Shown here piece after piece: positions 12,458 through 24,698 of a stretch of 64,000 nt of DNA. This DNA is from Stegostoma tigrinum. Taxonomy: Eukaryota. The notes beneath the pieces are model-generated. The model was not told the origin of the DNA and did no database searches. It worked only from the letters and a program-made list of their open reading frames with translations. Within the stretch, counting starts at the first letter, position 1. Each line of letters opens with the position of its first letter. Location of the stretch: contig NC_081396.1 of the NCBI RefSeq assembly GCF_030684315.1, positions 9,353,628-9,417,627 of the forward strand. Direction: 5' to 3'. Position numbers and translations under genes: made by a program.

Positions 12458-12496
12458 CACAGTGTGGAAAGGAGCGACAGAGTCCGTACAAAAACC
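12458..12496 (+). promoter_or_regulatory. 23-bp-spacer recombination signal sequence (23-RSS)
   Basis: CACAGTG (12458-12464) + 23-nt spacer tggaaaggagcgacagagtccgt + ACAAAAACC (12488-12496); heptamer and nonamer are both exact consensus. Confidence 0.97.
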
Positions 12497-12668
12497 TCAT
12501 CTGCTGTGAGTATTCTGTATTTTGAGTAAAATAACTAAAGAAGTATGGTCGAACATTGGATATGGATAATGGAAGGCGGGTGGCATTCAATTGCCCTCTC
12601 TATATCTGTCCAGACGAAACGTTACATTGCTCTCGATGCAAATTGAAAACGGGCTATATATAGATTGT

Positions 12669-12850
12669 GTGAAGCTGGATGAACACAGCGAACCAAGCAG
12701 CATCAGAGGAACAGAAATGTTGACTTTTTGGCTCGAGACCCTTCTTCAGTCAACTTTCCTGCTCCTCTGACTCTGCTTGGCCCGCTGTGTCCATCCAGCT
12801 TCACATCGTGTTGTCTCACATTCCCCAGCATCGGCAGATCCAACTATCTG
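12669..12850. mobile_element. Fold-back PLE terminal-repeat element
   Basis: Inverted arms joined at cttcttcag/gtcaacttt. Degenerate TSD tatatatagattgt / tatgtacagattgt. Confidence 0.78.
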
Positions 12851-13204
12851 TATGTACAGATTGTTGTCAGCTCGTTACTGGAAGTATCTGTGCATACGCC
12901 AATTATCAGCAGTTCACTGGTGTCATTCCCCCGAACCTGCATTTGCCACCTTAGGTTTTCACTGGATTTTTAAACAAAACAGGAAAAGTGATCGAAGCAG
13001 GGAAGAGCATTTCAGCCGCATCAAATGTATTCAGATGTCATTCTCAGCCTTGCATTCGCTCTGGGGATGTTCCTGGGGAAATTATGCCCTGACTTTGGAA
13101 GCACTACCGTGCATTTAGATAAGTAAAATGGCTCGTTTCATGTGAGTTTCTCTCGACTTGCAGGTCAATAATTTTGGTTCAGTCAGTTGACCATGTATTT
13201 ATTG

Positions 13205-13520
13205 AGAGTTTTAAATCGAAGGTATAACCGCGCAGCACAGGAACGGACCCGCCGGCCAACGATGTTGTGCCAAACATGACGGCAAATGAAACTAAACTCT
13301 TCTCCCTTCCCTTCGGCTGTACCCCTCCGTACATTGCATTTTCATGTGCTCATGTAAAAATACCTTAATGTTGGTCTCGTCCACCTCCGCCCCGGCAGTG
13401 CTTTCCAGACTCCGACCACTCCCTGTATTGAAAAAAAACAGCCTTGTGTCTCACATCTCCTTTGAGCTTTCCCCCTTCATCTCAAATGTGTGCCGCACAG
13501 TATTGGAATAATAATGGGCA
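13205..13520 (-). mobile_element. CR1-like LINE 3' end, decayed
   Basis: cagcacaggaac...ggcc..cgatgttgtgcc and ccacctcc..ccggcagtg..ttccagac..cgaccactc.ctgt match CR1 3' sequence in reverse. Confidence 0.6.
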
Positions 13521-13537
13521 CTATTCAATGAAACTAA

Positions 13538-13628
13538 AGATAACAAGGTGCAGAGCTGAATGAATACAGCAGGCCAAGCAGCATCAGAGGAGCAGGAAGA
13601 GTGAAGTTTCGGGCCCAGACCCTTATTC
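13538..13628 (-). mobile_element. PLE terminal-repeat fragment
   Basis: agataacaaggtgcagagctg...gcagcatcagaggagcagg...tttcgggcccagaccctt. Confidence 0.75.
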
Positions 13629-13721
13629 AAAAATGCAATTTTGGACAGAGCGCACGCAGAGCAACTGGTTCTTCGACACGGCAATGCAAAACAATGGGTA
13701 AGACAATAAGGTCATTCAGGC

Positions 13722-13814
13722 TAACAAAGTGTGGAGCTGGATGAACACAGCAGGCCAAGCAGCATCTCAGAAGCACAAAAGCTGACGTTTCTGGCCTAGA
13801 CCCTTCTTCAGAGA
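13722..13814 (-). mobile_element. 93-bp stand-alone PLE terminal repeat (hammerhead + tail) with 10-bp TSD
   Basis: TSD tcattcaggc at 13712-13721 and 13815-13824. Minus strand CTGAAGA-agggtctaggcca-GAAAC-GTC. Confidence 0.85.
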
Positions 13815-14289
13815 TCATTCAGGCATTGTCTATCTTTGTGAGGAAGACTTGTGAACATCCTGAATTATTTCGCCAGCAGAGACTGTGATGGTATTATATA
13901 ACTCCACTTGTCAATGTTAATATCAGTAGACACTTTTCATTTGCAACTTTGCAGGGTATTACTAAACTGACTAATGGTTAGAATGTGATATCTGTTCTTG
14001 AACATTTTAAAAATCGAGAGGGACATATTCTTGATACTGAGGCGTTGAGTTTTATCGGGATTGAAGAGAATGTGGATATTCAGACCATCATTATTTAATA
14101 ATTTTGGAGAAGTCTCGACCAGCCGGGTGGCGAGCTTCTGTTCGAATTGGAATGTCTGTCTGCATAAATGACAGTAGCTGCATTGAACCGAACAAAACAA
14201 AAGTCTGTTGGAAGATATCCTAATAAATCGAATTCTGTCAACCCGAAAAACAAGTTAGTTGGACTGGACGTGTACACAGGCATTTAGAT

Positions 14290-14600
14290 AACATTCCCTA
14301 CAGTGTTGAAACAGGTCCTTTGGCCCAATAAGTCCACACTGCCCCTTGATATATCCCACCCAGGCCCATCACCGCAGAACCTGCACACCTCTGCACACTG
14401 CAGGCAATTTAGCATGGCGAATCCACCTAGCCTGCACATTTTTGGATTGTGGGAGGAAACTGGAGTGCCAGGAGGAAACCCACGCAGCCATGGACAGAAC
14501 ATGCAAACTCCATACAGAGAGTCGCCCGAGGCTCAAATCAAACCCAGGTGCCTGGCGCTGTGAGGCTGTAGTGCTCACCACTGAGCCACTGTGCTGCCCC
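14290..14600 (-). mobile_element. HE1-type V-SINE, near full length
   Basis: Minus strand: ggggcagcacagtggctcagtggtgagcact (tRNA head)...gtttcctcc..cactccagtttcctcccacaatccaaaaatgtgcagg (V domain). Confidence 0.9.
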
Positions 14601-14689
14601 AGCTCTGTTATAGATTGACCATCGCTTGTTCTGAACTGATTAAGATCACACTGCGCGTTAAAAAAACAGAATGGTCATTACCAAAGGCC

Positions 14690-15065
14690 ACGCAGCATCA
14701 GAGAGGAGCAAGAAAACTGACGTTTCGAGAAGGAGTCCTGGCCCAAAACGTCAGCTTTCCTGCTCCTCTGATGCTGCGTGGCCTGCTGTGTTCCTCCAGC
14801 TCCACACTGTGTTACCTCTAGCCCCGCCCCCATTCCCACACACTGGGTGGAGGACCAGAGATAACACAGTGCGGAGCTGGAGGAACGCAGCAGGGACAGG
14901 CAGCATCAGAGGAGCAGGAAATTTGACGTCTTCAGAAATTGAGTAAAAAAGGGTCTCGAAACGTCAACTTCCTTGCTCCTCTGCTGCTGCCTGTTCCTGC
15001 TGCTTTCCTCCAGCTCCACACAGTGTTATTTCTGGCTCCAGCATCGGTAGCTCTTACTGTCTCTT
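14690..15065. mobile_element. Two adjacent fold-back PLE terminal-repeat elements
   Basis: Two gcagcatcagagg.../...cctctg.tgctgc inverted pairs (about 14690-14818 and 14857-15063). Confidence 0.7.
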
Positions 15066-15719
15066 GACATTACTGAACTTGCCTTTTTCATACCAGGTGT
15101 AACTGTTCTGAATGCCAAAGTTGACAGCGACATCAGATTTACTGGATCGAATCTATCCACACTGAAAATAACCAAAGGCGCACTCAATCTCGCTGATGCA
15201 TGGAAGTGCTGTGAACTGCACGTGGATTTGGCCGTACAGCACATAGTACGGATAAACAGGGCCTGACTATTTACTTCGACCTGCTGAAGGCTGTTGGGGT
15301 CAGGTGAATGGGAATCTTGGCCAGATCGAAAGGAATGGGAGGAATTGTACCTTGGAATGAACACACGAAATATTTCTATGCTGAACTCCGCCAGTTTTTT
15401 TTTAACTGAACAGACAGATGTTAACCACAACGTTTTGACACCGAATAGAACTGTTCTCAGCTGGAACTCTTCACGCATTGCGCGCCATAAATGATTCACA
15501 GGAGCGGCTCGTGTTGACCTGGGGGTGTCGCTGGTCTCAAAATGGCAACGACTTGACTGAGGGACTTGGGATGAAATGGACCCGGGCACAACAAAGATGA
15601 CAAAGCTACATTGCAATGTCCTCACGGAATATGATTAATCAGACTGCTCCATGGGAAACAGATTCAAATCCGCTCGCATATGAGCAATGATCACCCTGAA
15701 CGAATAATGGCCCTGATGC

Positions 15720-15940
15720 GGGAGGTGCAGTGTTGGACTGGGGGTGGACAAGGTCAGAAGTCACATGGCACCAGCTTGTAGTCCAACAGGTTTGTTTGAA
15801 ATCGCAAGCTTTCGTCAGAGCTGCTCCTTCATCGGATCGTCACACTCCACTGAACAAAGGAGCAGCGCTTTGAAAGCTTGTGTTTTGAAATAAACTTGTT
15901 GGACTATAAACTGGAGAGGTGTGACGTCTTGACCCTGACC
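15720..15940. mobile_element. Fold-back element from a second PLE family (hammerhead with GAAAGCTT stem III)
   Basis: Arms tagtccaacaggtttgtttgaaatcgcaagctttc / gaaagcttgtgttttgaaataaacttgttggacta. Degenerate CTGATGA-aggagcagcgct..-GAAAGCTT cores. Confidence 0.7.
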
Positions 15941-16224
15941 GAGTATCGATGTGGAGTGACAAGTTGACTGCATTTTCTGTGGGGAGAAATGAATCAGAGT
16001 AAAATTTGGCCTGAAATTATACCCGTAGATATTTTTTATAAAATGAAGAAACATGTCTGGGATCATTCTTCAGTCTGTGTGTATTTCAAAACACAGCTGG
16101 GTGAAACGTGATTTTTTTGTCAAAATACAAACAACATCTGAGCAACAGCCGCAATTATGTTTGCTACAATCAAATTAATGTAAAATATTGAACAATGTAA
16201 TTATTTCCCAGGAGCACAGGACCA

Positions 16225-16234
16225 CATATAAATA
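16225..16234 (+). promoter_or_regulatory. Candidate TATA box of GPCR gene 1
   Basis: TATAAAT at 16227, 56 nt upstream of the ATG at 16283. Gene 2 has TATAAT at 47112, 57 nt upstream of its equivalent ATG. Confidence 0.45.
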
Positions 16235-16282
16235 TTTTCTTCTTTCAGTGAAATGCAGAGCCGATCAGGGCTTCTAATAGAG

Positions 16283-16352
16283 ATGCACGCAATACTGACA
16301 GGGCCACTGTTTAATATTTATTATCCTGTCCTTGCAGCAGTCGGAGTTCCTG
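16283..16352 (+). CDS. GPR139-like GPCR gene 1, exon 1 (MHAILTGPLFNIYYPVLAAVGVP; in-frame upstream ATG at 16253)
   Basis: Encodes the N-terminus and start of TM1; ends CCT G|gtaaat (phase-1 donor), which joins in frame to the acceptor at 20421. Homologous to 47169-47238. Confidence 0.88.
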
Positions 16353-16653
16353 GTAAATCATTGTAGTTAGTTTGTAGCTGCATGAAAAACGGGTCAGACA
16401 AATTAATTCTCTCACTTTACCAGGAGCGGTGCTACCATTGCAAGTATTTTTCGTCCCATTTACTGGATTTGTATTTCAAAGATCAGCAGTGTAAGACAGT
16501 TTGTTGAACTAATACTATTTCCCAGCTGACAGGGTGGATTTATTTTCAATATTTTTGGTATGAATTATTATTTTGTGATTTCTTCAGTTTGTTGAGATAG
16601 GTTAGTGGTATCAGTGCTCTGTCTTCTCCAAGTTACAAAAATATGCCTGACAG

Positions 16654-17990
16654 TTCATTCGTGGCTGAGCAAGCATTTAATGTCCATTGTTAGTCGCCCT
16701 TGATCAGGTGGGGTCGAACTGGCCTCTTGAGCTACTGCAACATACTCGCTCTCAGTAGATCCACAATGATGTGTGAAAGGGAGTTCCGGGGTTTTGACAG
16801 AGTAGCAATGAAGGAAAGTTGATACAATGGTCTGCAGAAGAATTGGTGATGGTGTTCCCTCGTCGTCCTTCCTGGTATTTGTCATGAGTTTGGAAGGAGC
16901 TGTCTAAGGAACTCGGTAAATTTCTGAAGTGCATCTTGTAGATGGTACGTATTGCTGATGCTGCACTTTGGTTGGAGACACACCAAATGCTTGTGAATCT
17001 GATGCCTACCATGGAATCTTCATTATTTGTGGAAGGTGCCAAGCTACTTGAATGTCTTTGGAGCTGCACAATTCCAAGCTAATAGTCAGTCCTCCATAAC
17101 ACCCCTGACCTGTAATTTGTAAGTGTTGAATAGGCTTCTGAACAGTTAGGAGGGAGGTTATTCGTTGAATGATTCCAAAACTCTTTTGTGCCATTCTGGC
17201 TGCAGCATTACTTTGCAAGTCGAGGTCGCTCATCTTCGATGTCGAGACTTGAAACAGTGGATCTAACTGGAGTCCATCCATTTTGGTGTAATGATAGCAC
17301 TAACCTAGTGCAGTGGATGGCATTTTGAATATGAGGGCCAGACCTAATCGCTGTGGCATTGTCATTCCTTCCCTCACTGTAATGGACAGATGTGTAAGCA
17401 ACAGGCACATTAGTGAGGAGAGATCAAATATGTTTCACCCTCCTACTAGTTCCCTCCAAACGTGTTGCACGCCCAGTTAAACAGCTATGTCATTTAGGAT
17501 TCGATCAGCTGGGATGCTTTCGATCCACTATCGGTGATGGATCTCAAAGTTCTTCACGCAAAGTACATTCCTTGCTCTTGCCATGCTCAGTGCTCTGCCC
17601 AGTGGTGCTCAGCTTGGAGAAGTACTGATCTTTAAACCAAAAGGTGGAAGGTGGATGGATGTGTCCTTCAGCAATAAATTTCAATGCCCGGTTTAGACCT
17701 GATGCACTGAAATGTCACGGGGTCTCCAATTAATGTTGGATCTCTCAGGGCAACGCTCTCCTAACTGTTTACTGACATGCTACCACTTCTTCTGTATCGT
17801 GCCTTGCCAGCAGAACAGTGCATAACCAGGGAAGGACAATGGTGCAGTCTGAGGCGTTATCCTTAATTTCTGGTTCATTGATTATGACCATGACAAGCCA
17901 CTGCTGAATAGTCTGTGAGACAGATCTCCAACATTCGGCATTATCAACTAAATTTGCTTAAAACGACCTTGCAGGGCAAAGTCACTTAAG
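16654..17990 (-). mobile_element. CR1-group LINE, decayed, inside GPCR1 intron
   Basis: Same family as 30460-31400 (shared 3' region ...tacaagatgcac...agacagc...ttccaaac). The 3' tail resembles that of the tRNA-derived SINE. Confidence 0.6.
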
Positions 17991-19239
17991 AGCCAACAAT
18001 ATCATATTTGATCTGGCGTTATGTGGAGATCAGTCCAGGTCAGGAACCAGGACATTAATGAAACAGACATCTGTGTTGGTCACTTTCCTTTCTGACAATT
18101 GTATAGTGGTCTCATTTGATCTGTAATTCGATATCCTTCCGAAATTTTTATTTGGCCATGTGCCATGGTTGGATCTGAACCAGTGTCTCCAGAGCATTAC
18201 CTGCAATTCTGGATTAATTTTCTACTGACAATACCACAAATGCACCCCTTTTATAGCATTGCTTCGTGTGACAACAAGAACTTGTCAACTTTATGGTATA
18301 CTAGATTAATTAGCCAGGTTCCACTTTATCACCTATTTACTCAATTTCTTCTAGTTACTGGCATTACCACAGAATATCAATGTATTTCCGATGCATTATT
18401 TGCAGAATAATGTGGGCAAATCAAGTTTTATTTATCACTGTGTTAAATGCATTCCAGAGTTTAGTTTGGATACATTGATGGATGACTTTGAAAGAGCCAT
18501 TACATGGCAAGTGTTGTTTGATTCTGGGTTTAACACGTAATCTCTTGTGAATTCTCACACATCTATCTCAGTGCAAATCAAGGTCTATTTTCTTGTAGCC
18601 ACGACAAGTATGAATGAATTATCACTGTTCATCCATAATGTACATTTATTGCATTATCTATTTTATTTGCAATTGAATGCTGAAATCAATGTTGATTTCC
18701 AGATCTAAACCATTCACTAATTCCAGAGTACATTTAATTGCTGAACTGCGTGAAGTAGGTTCTTGGGCAGCCACCTGATGGCAGGCATTTCCGGAATGTA
18801 ACTGTGGCCATTTGTGCAATTCATCACGATTGTTCCAAACTCAAAGAGCATGGTATTTCTTTCATCAGTATATAGCATTCAGTTGCTTCATTGTGCCTGT
18901 CCACTTTTGGATTCACTGTCACTCATTGTTCTATATTCACAAACAATGAATTAGGAAATTTCTTCTTTTCTAACCAGCTGGCAAATCTTCAGACCATTCG
19001 AATGATGAATGTGATTACTGCATGGAGTGAAGAAAATCTGCACCAGCAACACAAAATAATCCCTTAATATTTATTTTCATCAAACGTAGAAGCGACTGAT
19101 TTTCTATTATCTACAACCTGAGAAACATGATCCTTGATGCTTGTCGTGGAATATGATACATATGAAGTGCTGCAATTTATGAGACACATTCTCCTAATCT
19201 GACTCTCTCAGTTGCAATATCTACAAGGCATACAATTTA

Positions 19240-19815
19240 TTTGTGGCAGGGCAAGGGGTGAGTGACGCTGGAAGTGTACGAAACGCTGGTGTGGTCATGT
19301 CGAGAGTATTGAATGCAGTCTGGAATCAATGTTACAGGAGGGATGCGATGACGCTGAAAGAGGTATAAAGAAGATTTACCAGGATGCTGCCTGTGCTGGA
19401 GTTTTAATTATGAAGAGGGATTGGACAGATGGGGTTGCTTTTTTACAATTAGAGGACAAGATTGAAATGTGTACAATCAGGAGGGCATAGACAGTGTAAG
19501 TCAGAACAAATTTTTCCCCCTTGGTGCTGAGATAAATGACTGATGGGTCGGTGGTATAGAGTTAAAACGAGGCGATTTCGAGTGATCTGAATATTTTCAT
19601 TCAATTGGTTGGTGGTTGGGCTTTGGATCTCACTTCCTGTCATGGTGTTAGAGGCAGAACGCCTCATAAACATCTAAGAAGTATTCAGATGTACACATGG
19701 GATGCCAGACCATAAAAGGCTGCGAGTGAAGTCCTCAAAATTGTGATTATTTCCGACTAGTCCAAACTCAATTGGCGAGGGGCCTTTTTTGTTCTCTCGA
19801 CCTCACTGACTCTGT
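19240..19815 (+). mobile_element. CR1 LINE 3' fragment, decayed
   Basis: gtgtacgaaacgctggt...agaagatttaccaggatgctgcctg (Y.TLV, RRFTRMLP). Confidence 0.8.
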
Positions 19816-20421
19816 AACTCGATAATGAAATGCAGGTGCATGGTCATATGAAAAGCCCAGTCTCACCATTGCATTCCATAAAAAGAGAAGTGCTTTGGCA
19901 GTGTCCACAAACTAATCCTCCAGATCCTCTCTCTCTTGACAAATGTCATGTAATTTTTGAGCCAGTTGACGATCTATTGCTTGAAATTTGAAATTCTTGA
20001 AAGTATCCATTTAGATTGGGTTAACAGATATAGAATGTTGCCCTGTTAATTTCAACACTTATGGTTAATTTGTTACTTATCCCATTTCATGTCTATTTCA
20101 TTGTTTTTCTTTACTATTCCCATTTGAAATGTGCCCATTTCTAGTTGTCTGTACTTGGGATCCCATTATATTACGTTGCTGTCGAATTAGCCCAGTTCAT
20201 TTAAAAAATGAATGAGCATTTAAAATGGAAAACCAATGTAATCAAACGTAATGGATAATTTAAGGCTTATATTTAAACCTCAAACATTGAAGTTAGACCA
20301 GTGTTTTGCTGCAACTATAACGAAATTACAAATAGAAGAATTAATTTGCCTGAATTCACTGTGGCCTTACTAACAGATTTGCTTCGTATCCCCTCTCCAC
20401 TTATCTTTCTTTTGACGACAG

Positions 20422-21332
20422 CCAACGTGGTGGTGATTGTGATCTTGTCACAAAGAAGATGTGGTCTTTCAAGATGTATCAGTTGTTATCTGGTGTCCAT
20501 CGCGATGGCAGATCTTTTGGTAATGTTCACAGTTGTAATACTAAACAGGACTGCTGGAATTTATTTTCCATTCAGTTTCCTATCGATCACACCAATATGC
20601 AGTCTACGCTCTGCCTTAAATTATGCAGCCCTTGACGCTACTGCCTGGTTAACAGTCGCTTTCACATTTGACCGATTTGTGGCCATTTCTTGCCAGAAGT
20701 TAAAACTAACATACTGCACTGAGAAAATGGCAGCATGGATCATAGGAATTATCTCTGCTGTGGCCTGTGTAAAAAATGCCTTCCGCTATATTCAATATGA
20801 ACCGATGTACATGATTAGCAACACGCCTTGGTTCTGCAGCTTAAAAATAATTGTTTACACATCACCTGCATGGGCTGCATATGACTGGATTGCATTTATT
20901 TTCACACCTTTACTTCCATTTATTCTGATTGTACTTCTCAATGCTCTTACAGTCAGCCACATTCTAATGGCCAATAGGTCCCGGGAGAGAATCCGGTCCC
21001 GGAGCAATGCAGAGAGTCAGTGTGATCCAGAGATGGTGAAGCGGAGGAAGTCCATTGTCTTACTCTTCACTATCTCGGGTAGTTTTGTCCTGTTATATTT
21101 GTTATGTTTTATATGGATCCCATATTTCCGATTTGCAAACATCATTTACACTTCAGTTTCCAATTTCAGCAATTCTACATTTATCATCCAAGAAACTGGA
21201 TTTATGCTTCAGTTATTAAGTTCCTGCATCAACCCCTTTATTTATGCTGGCACCCAGAGTAAATTCAGAACCGAGTTACAAAATGTGTTGAAATATCCAA
21301 CGAACCTCTTCATTAATATATTTAAAATATGA
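20422..21332 (+). CDS. GPR139-like class A GPCR gene 1, exon 2 (spliced product 326 aa)
   Basis: Acceptor gacgacag|CC AAC. Seven-TM pattern with MADLL (TM2), FTFDRF (TM3), LPFILIVLLN (TM5), INPFIY..KFR (TM7/helix 8). Intron position G(V/I)P|AN equals that of vertebrate GPR139 (GLP|ANIL). Confidence 0.93.
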
Positions 21333-21946
21333 AAAGTAGCATCATTTAACATGACATTTATATTGTCGTATGTCCTTTTCCATCTCATGCCACACAGAGA
21401 TCTCTTTCACTCGATGTTCTATTTCATGTGACAACTTAAAAACAAATACAAAACTCTGCATTAAAACATAAATCAAAAACTATTCTCATTTTGTTTCGAA
21501 CACTACTGATTTTTGTTTTACTTTCACCTAATGCCTTTCCTCTGAGTTCAAGGACGCAAATTGTGGAGGGTGAGAAAGAAGTAATAATTGAGAGTCACTG
21601 AAAAGGATAAAAGTAATTGTACATTCTTATTTCCTGACACAGGACATACTCCTGGAATAGTACATGAGCTGGATGACCTATATCATGATACACAGCTGTG
21701 TACAGTTACTTGGTGCTGAACCAGGTGTTCGGGCATTTGCAGCCATTATGATGCCTCTGGAGTTATGGCATCATTCGCACGTGGCTGTTCACCCATAATT
21801 TCCAAGAGGTTTCCAAAAGAATGGCCATAGCTTTTGTGGTTCTTTCAAACTGCTCAAATCAGTCTATGCTGCTCTCATTGGATTCCATCACTATTCCACT
21901 CCCATTGTGAAAATAACAAACAACGTGAGTGGATTCACTTGGGTGG

Positions 21947-22704
21947 TGTGATAACGTCCCATTGAGTTCTAGACTTCGATAAATTAAAGTCTTTTATCTG
22001 CATTTGATTCCGACACAGAGACTTTCATTTATAGAAGTAAAGTCTTTTATTTACCTACACATAGGTATGCAGGCACTGCCCTGAAGCTTCCTGCCCAGGT
22101 AGGAATTCAGTGCAAAGCTTTTTTAACTCCTTATCTTCTCACACATCGGTATGCAGACACTGTCTTAAGCTTCCTGACTGAATAAAATTAGAATCAAACC
22201 GTTTCAAATAGGGTTAGGTGGGGAAACCTCTAAAGCATGTAACTTCTGTCGCTGACAAAAGGGCCAGGTCACTGACTTTGTTCCAGCCAGACACACTGGC
22301 AATTTGAAATCACAATCTGTCCCAGACAACAACTCGAAATCACCTCCTGCCATTAGCAGCTACTTCACTGGCAATCGATACTATATCCTGGTCTTTTATG
22401 TTGTTGATGTAATAATTGTTTGGTATCCTGTTTTTGTCTGTTGTAGTAATTGTTTTATGTATCATGTCATTGTAAATTGTGAAAACATTTTATGTATCAC
22501 GTCTTTTGTAAAGTATAAAAAGCGGGGACTGTCCGCTCCTTGGGTAGAATTACTTACGAGTCTCTGCACTCTGTGCCGGGTTAAGTACAGTGGTTCTTCA
22601 CAGCTTGTACTTGCTTGGTAATAAAAGGATTTGTGTTTTTCTAAACAGGTCACTGTCTTGTTATTGCATCAAGTCGGCGAGGATCTCTGAAAAAGAACAT
22701 GACA
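21947..22704 (+). mobile_element. Solo LTR (758 bp) with 4-bp TSD
   Basis: TG...CA ends (tgtgat...atgaca), TSD gtgg at 21943-21946 and 22705-22708, TATAAAA at 22514, AATAAA at 22620, U3 direct repeats (ggtatgcag.cactg...aagcttcctg twice). Confidence 0.8.
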
Positions 22705-24399
22705 GTGGAAGGTGCTGTGAAAGTTTTGTAGCTCAACAGTGATATATCATCACATATGGATGGATAGTTTCATCATTTTACTGCTGCTGTTCATCTCCTA
22801 AAGATGGTGAGCAGAGTAATACAACACCAAACAGAACTGACAATATCTCCATAGATGATGGCCGGTGTGTACACTTTCTGATTGTGTCCTAACTATTCAA
22901 CCTTTAGAGGCTTGCCTAACCCGACAAGCACACATAAACATTGTGTTCCGAGCTACAGAGAGTGCTACCTTATCCCATCGATTGCACTATTTACTTTCTG
23001 GGTCATCAGCACTGGTCTGACAATGTGATTTTGCTTACCATACTTAACCAGAACAGAACACTGCAATAACATTATTTTTCCTACAAGTTGTTTGATGGCT
23101 AATTTGTTCTGTGAGTTTTTATGCAGGGAAGAAGGGATGAAATCTTTTTATTCATGAGCATTCTAAAATTCTGTTTACTTCCGAGCATTCAAAAAGTCAG
23201 AGAATGTTGTTGAAAGAAAGAATTATGGCCCATTTATGATTCCTAAGATGTTATTTAGTCATCAATTTTGTATATCCCTCCAAATACATTGGAAGTCAGA
23301 GGATATTCAGAAAATAGTTATCAAATGGGTTGGATTATCCCTGAGAAAAACCGTTTAAATTACTTATATTTTGAAAATAGGGAAATCTGATATAAACTGT
23401 ATATTATATCCGAAAATGAATTCTACAAGTTAGCCTCAATTTCCTTTCTTATTAAATATAAAGCTTTGCTATCACGATGCATTATCTTTTTCTAAAAAAA
23501 ATAATCTTTCCAGTTCTTCAATTAACTCGCATAAAACCAGTACGAGTCAAATTCCTTCTGCCCAATCTGTAAACAGCTCAAATGTAAATTTCAGATGTCG
23601 TGCTTCTTCGCTTAGGTCTGGTGGCATCACAATGGGAATCGCTGGACACCAGCTTACAATGTGGAAGCAGTGCATAATTAATCATTCAGGAATGAGTTAC
23701 CTCAAAAGAAATTTTTTTTCAACTCACAGGATAAGAACATCAGATTTGCCATCCTGAATCTGAATTCTGTCTCTTCATTGTCCTGGAGGCATCCAAATCC
23801 TGAACAAACTGTTCTAATTTTGCAAAGCTTTGTGATCTGGTACTTCTTGTACTCGATTTGCAAGAGTCCGGGATAAATAGTGAACAATGATTTATTGTGA
23901 CTCTCTGGTTTGAGCTAAATTTGTTGTTTGGTGCACAAGAGCACGATGTTTAATTTTTCTTTCTTTGCATTTCTTTGAAAGCTCCATGCCCATCTCGTTT
24001 TCATGATCATCACCTCTGACTACAAGACTTACTGTTCCTCGTCAATAGTCAGGAGGATGGTCATATATGACACACAACCAGCAGTTCCTGTTTTCCCTTG
24101 TGTGTGAAGTAGATTGTCCTGTAATCATAGAATATTATATTTTATGAGCACAAAAGACATGTCAAATGCGTACAACATTGACAGCTGAGCTATGCATCAT
24201 GATGCCTCAGGTATGGTTCCGGCATGTAATCATTCAGAACTGACTGCAGAGAAATGATAGCTGCCTTACCAGTTTAGTGCATACAGACATTCCTACTCTC
24301 CTGACAGCTCATCTTATGTGAAGGCACATCTTCTTCATTCTTATTAAACTTCATTCAGCTGAATATTGCATGTGCAGACATCTTCTGCGTTTTATTTTT

Positions 24400-24698
24400 C
24401 TTTACGCATTCACGGAATGAGGGCATGTCTGGCCAGGCAAAATTTATTACCGATCCCTAATTGCCGAGAGGGCAGTTAAGATTCATTCACATTGCTGTGG
24501 GCCTGAAGGCACCTGTAGGCCAGACCAGGTAAGGATGGCAGCTTCCTCTTCTGCGGTACATTCGTGAAAAAGATGGGATTTTCCTGTCAATTAACAATGG
24601 ATTTACAGTCATCGTTATATTCTAAATTCCAGATATTTTATTACATTTTAATTCCATCATATGCTGTGGCAGTATTCAAACTTGAGACCCCAGATCAT
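24400..24698 (-). mobile_element. tRNA-derived shark SINE, 3' part (split by a PLE insertion; 5' part at 27478-27533)
   Basis: The SINE sequence resumes exactly after the duplicated target site at 27467-27477. Confidence 0.85.

Noticed and set aside
12458-12509. C-terminal TVWKGATESVQKPHLL of ORF 12132-12509
   Set aside because: Read-through translation of the RSS, not coding.
15026-15625. 199-aa minus-strand ORF with a hydrophobic start
   Set aside because: GTG start, no recognisable domain or Ig Cys/Trp pattern, and it ends in a PLE repeat.
12500-16200. D or J segments downstream of the V (IgH-cluster or NAR-TCR-like arrangement)
   Set aside because: No GGTTTTTGT-spacer-CACTGTG signals or FGxG/WGxG motifs found by eye.
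20336-20421. CACTGTG heptamer (20357-20363) with an open frame leading into GPCR1 exon 2, suggesting the V could recombine onto the GPCR
   Set aside because: No nonamer at 12 or 23 nt spacing (aagaattaa, attacaaat), no equivalent before GPCR2 exon 2, and a normal exon 1 explains the gene.
20301-20421. 5' extension of the 343-aa ORF (and MSPPHLPFVT of ORF 49049)
   Set aside because: Intronic polypyrimidine tract; the true N-termini come from exon 1.
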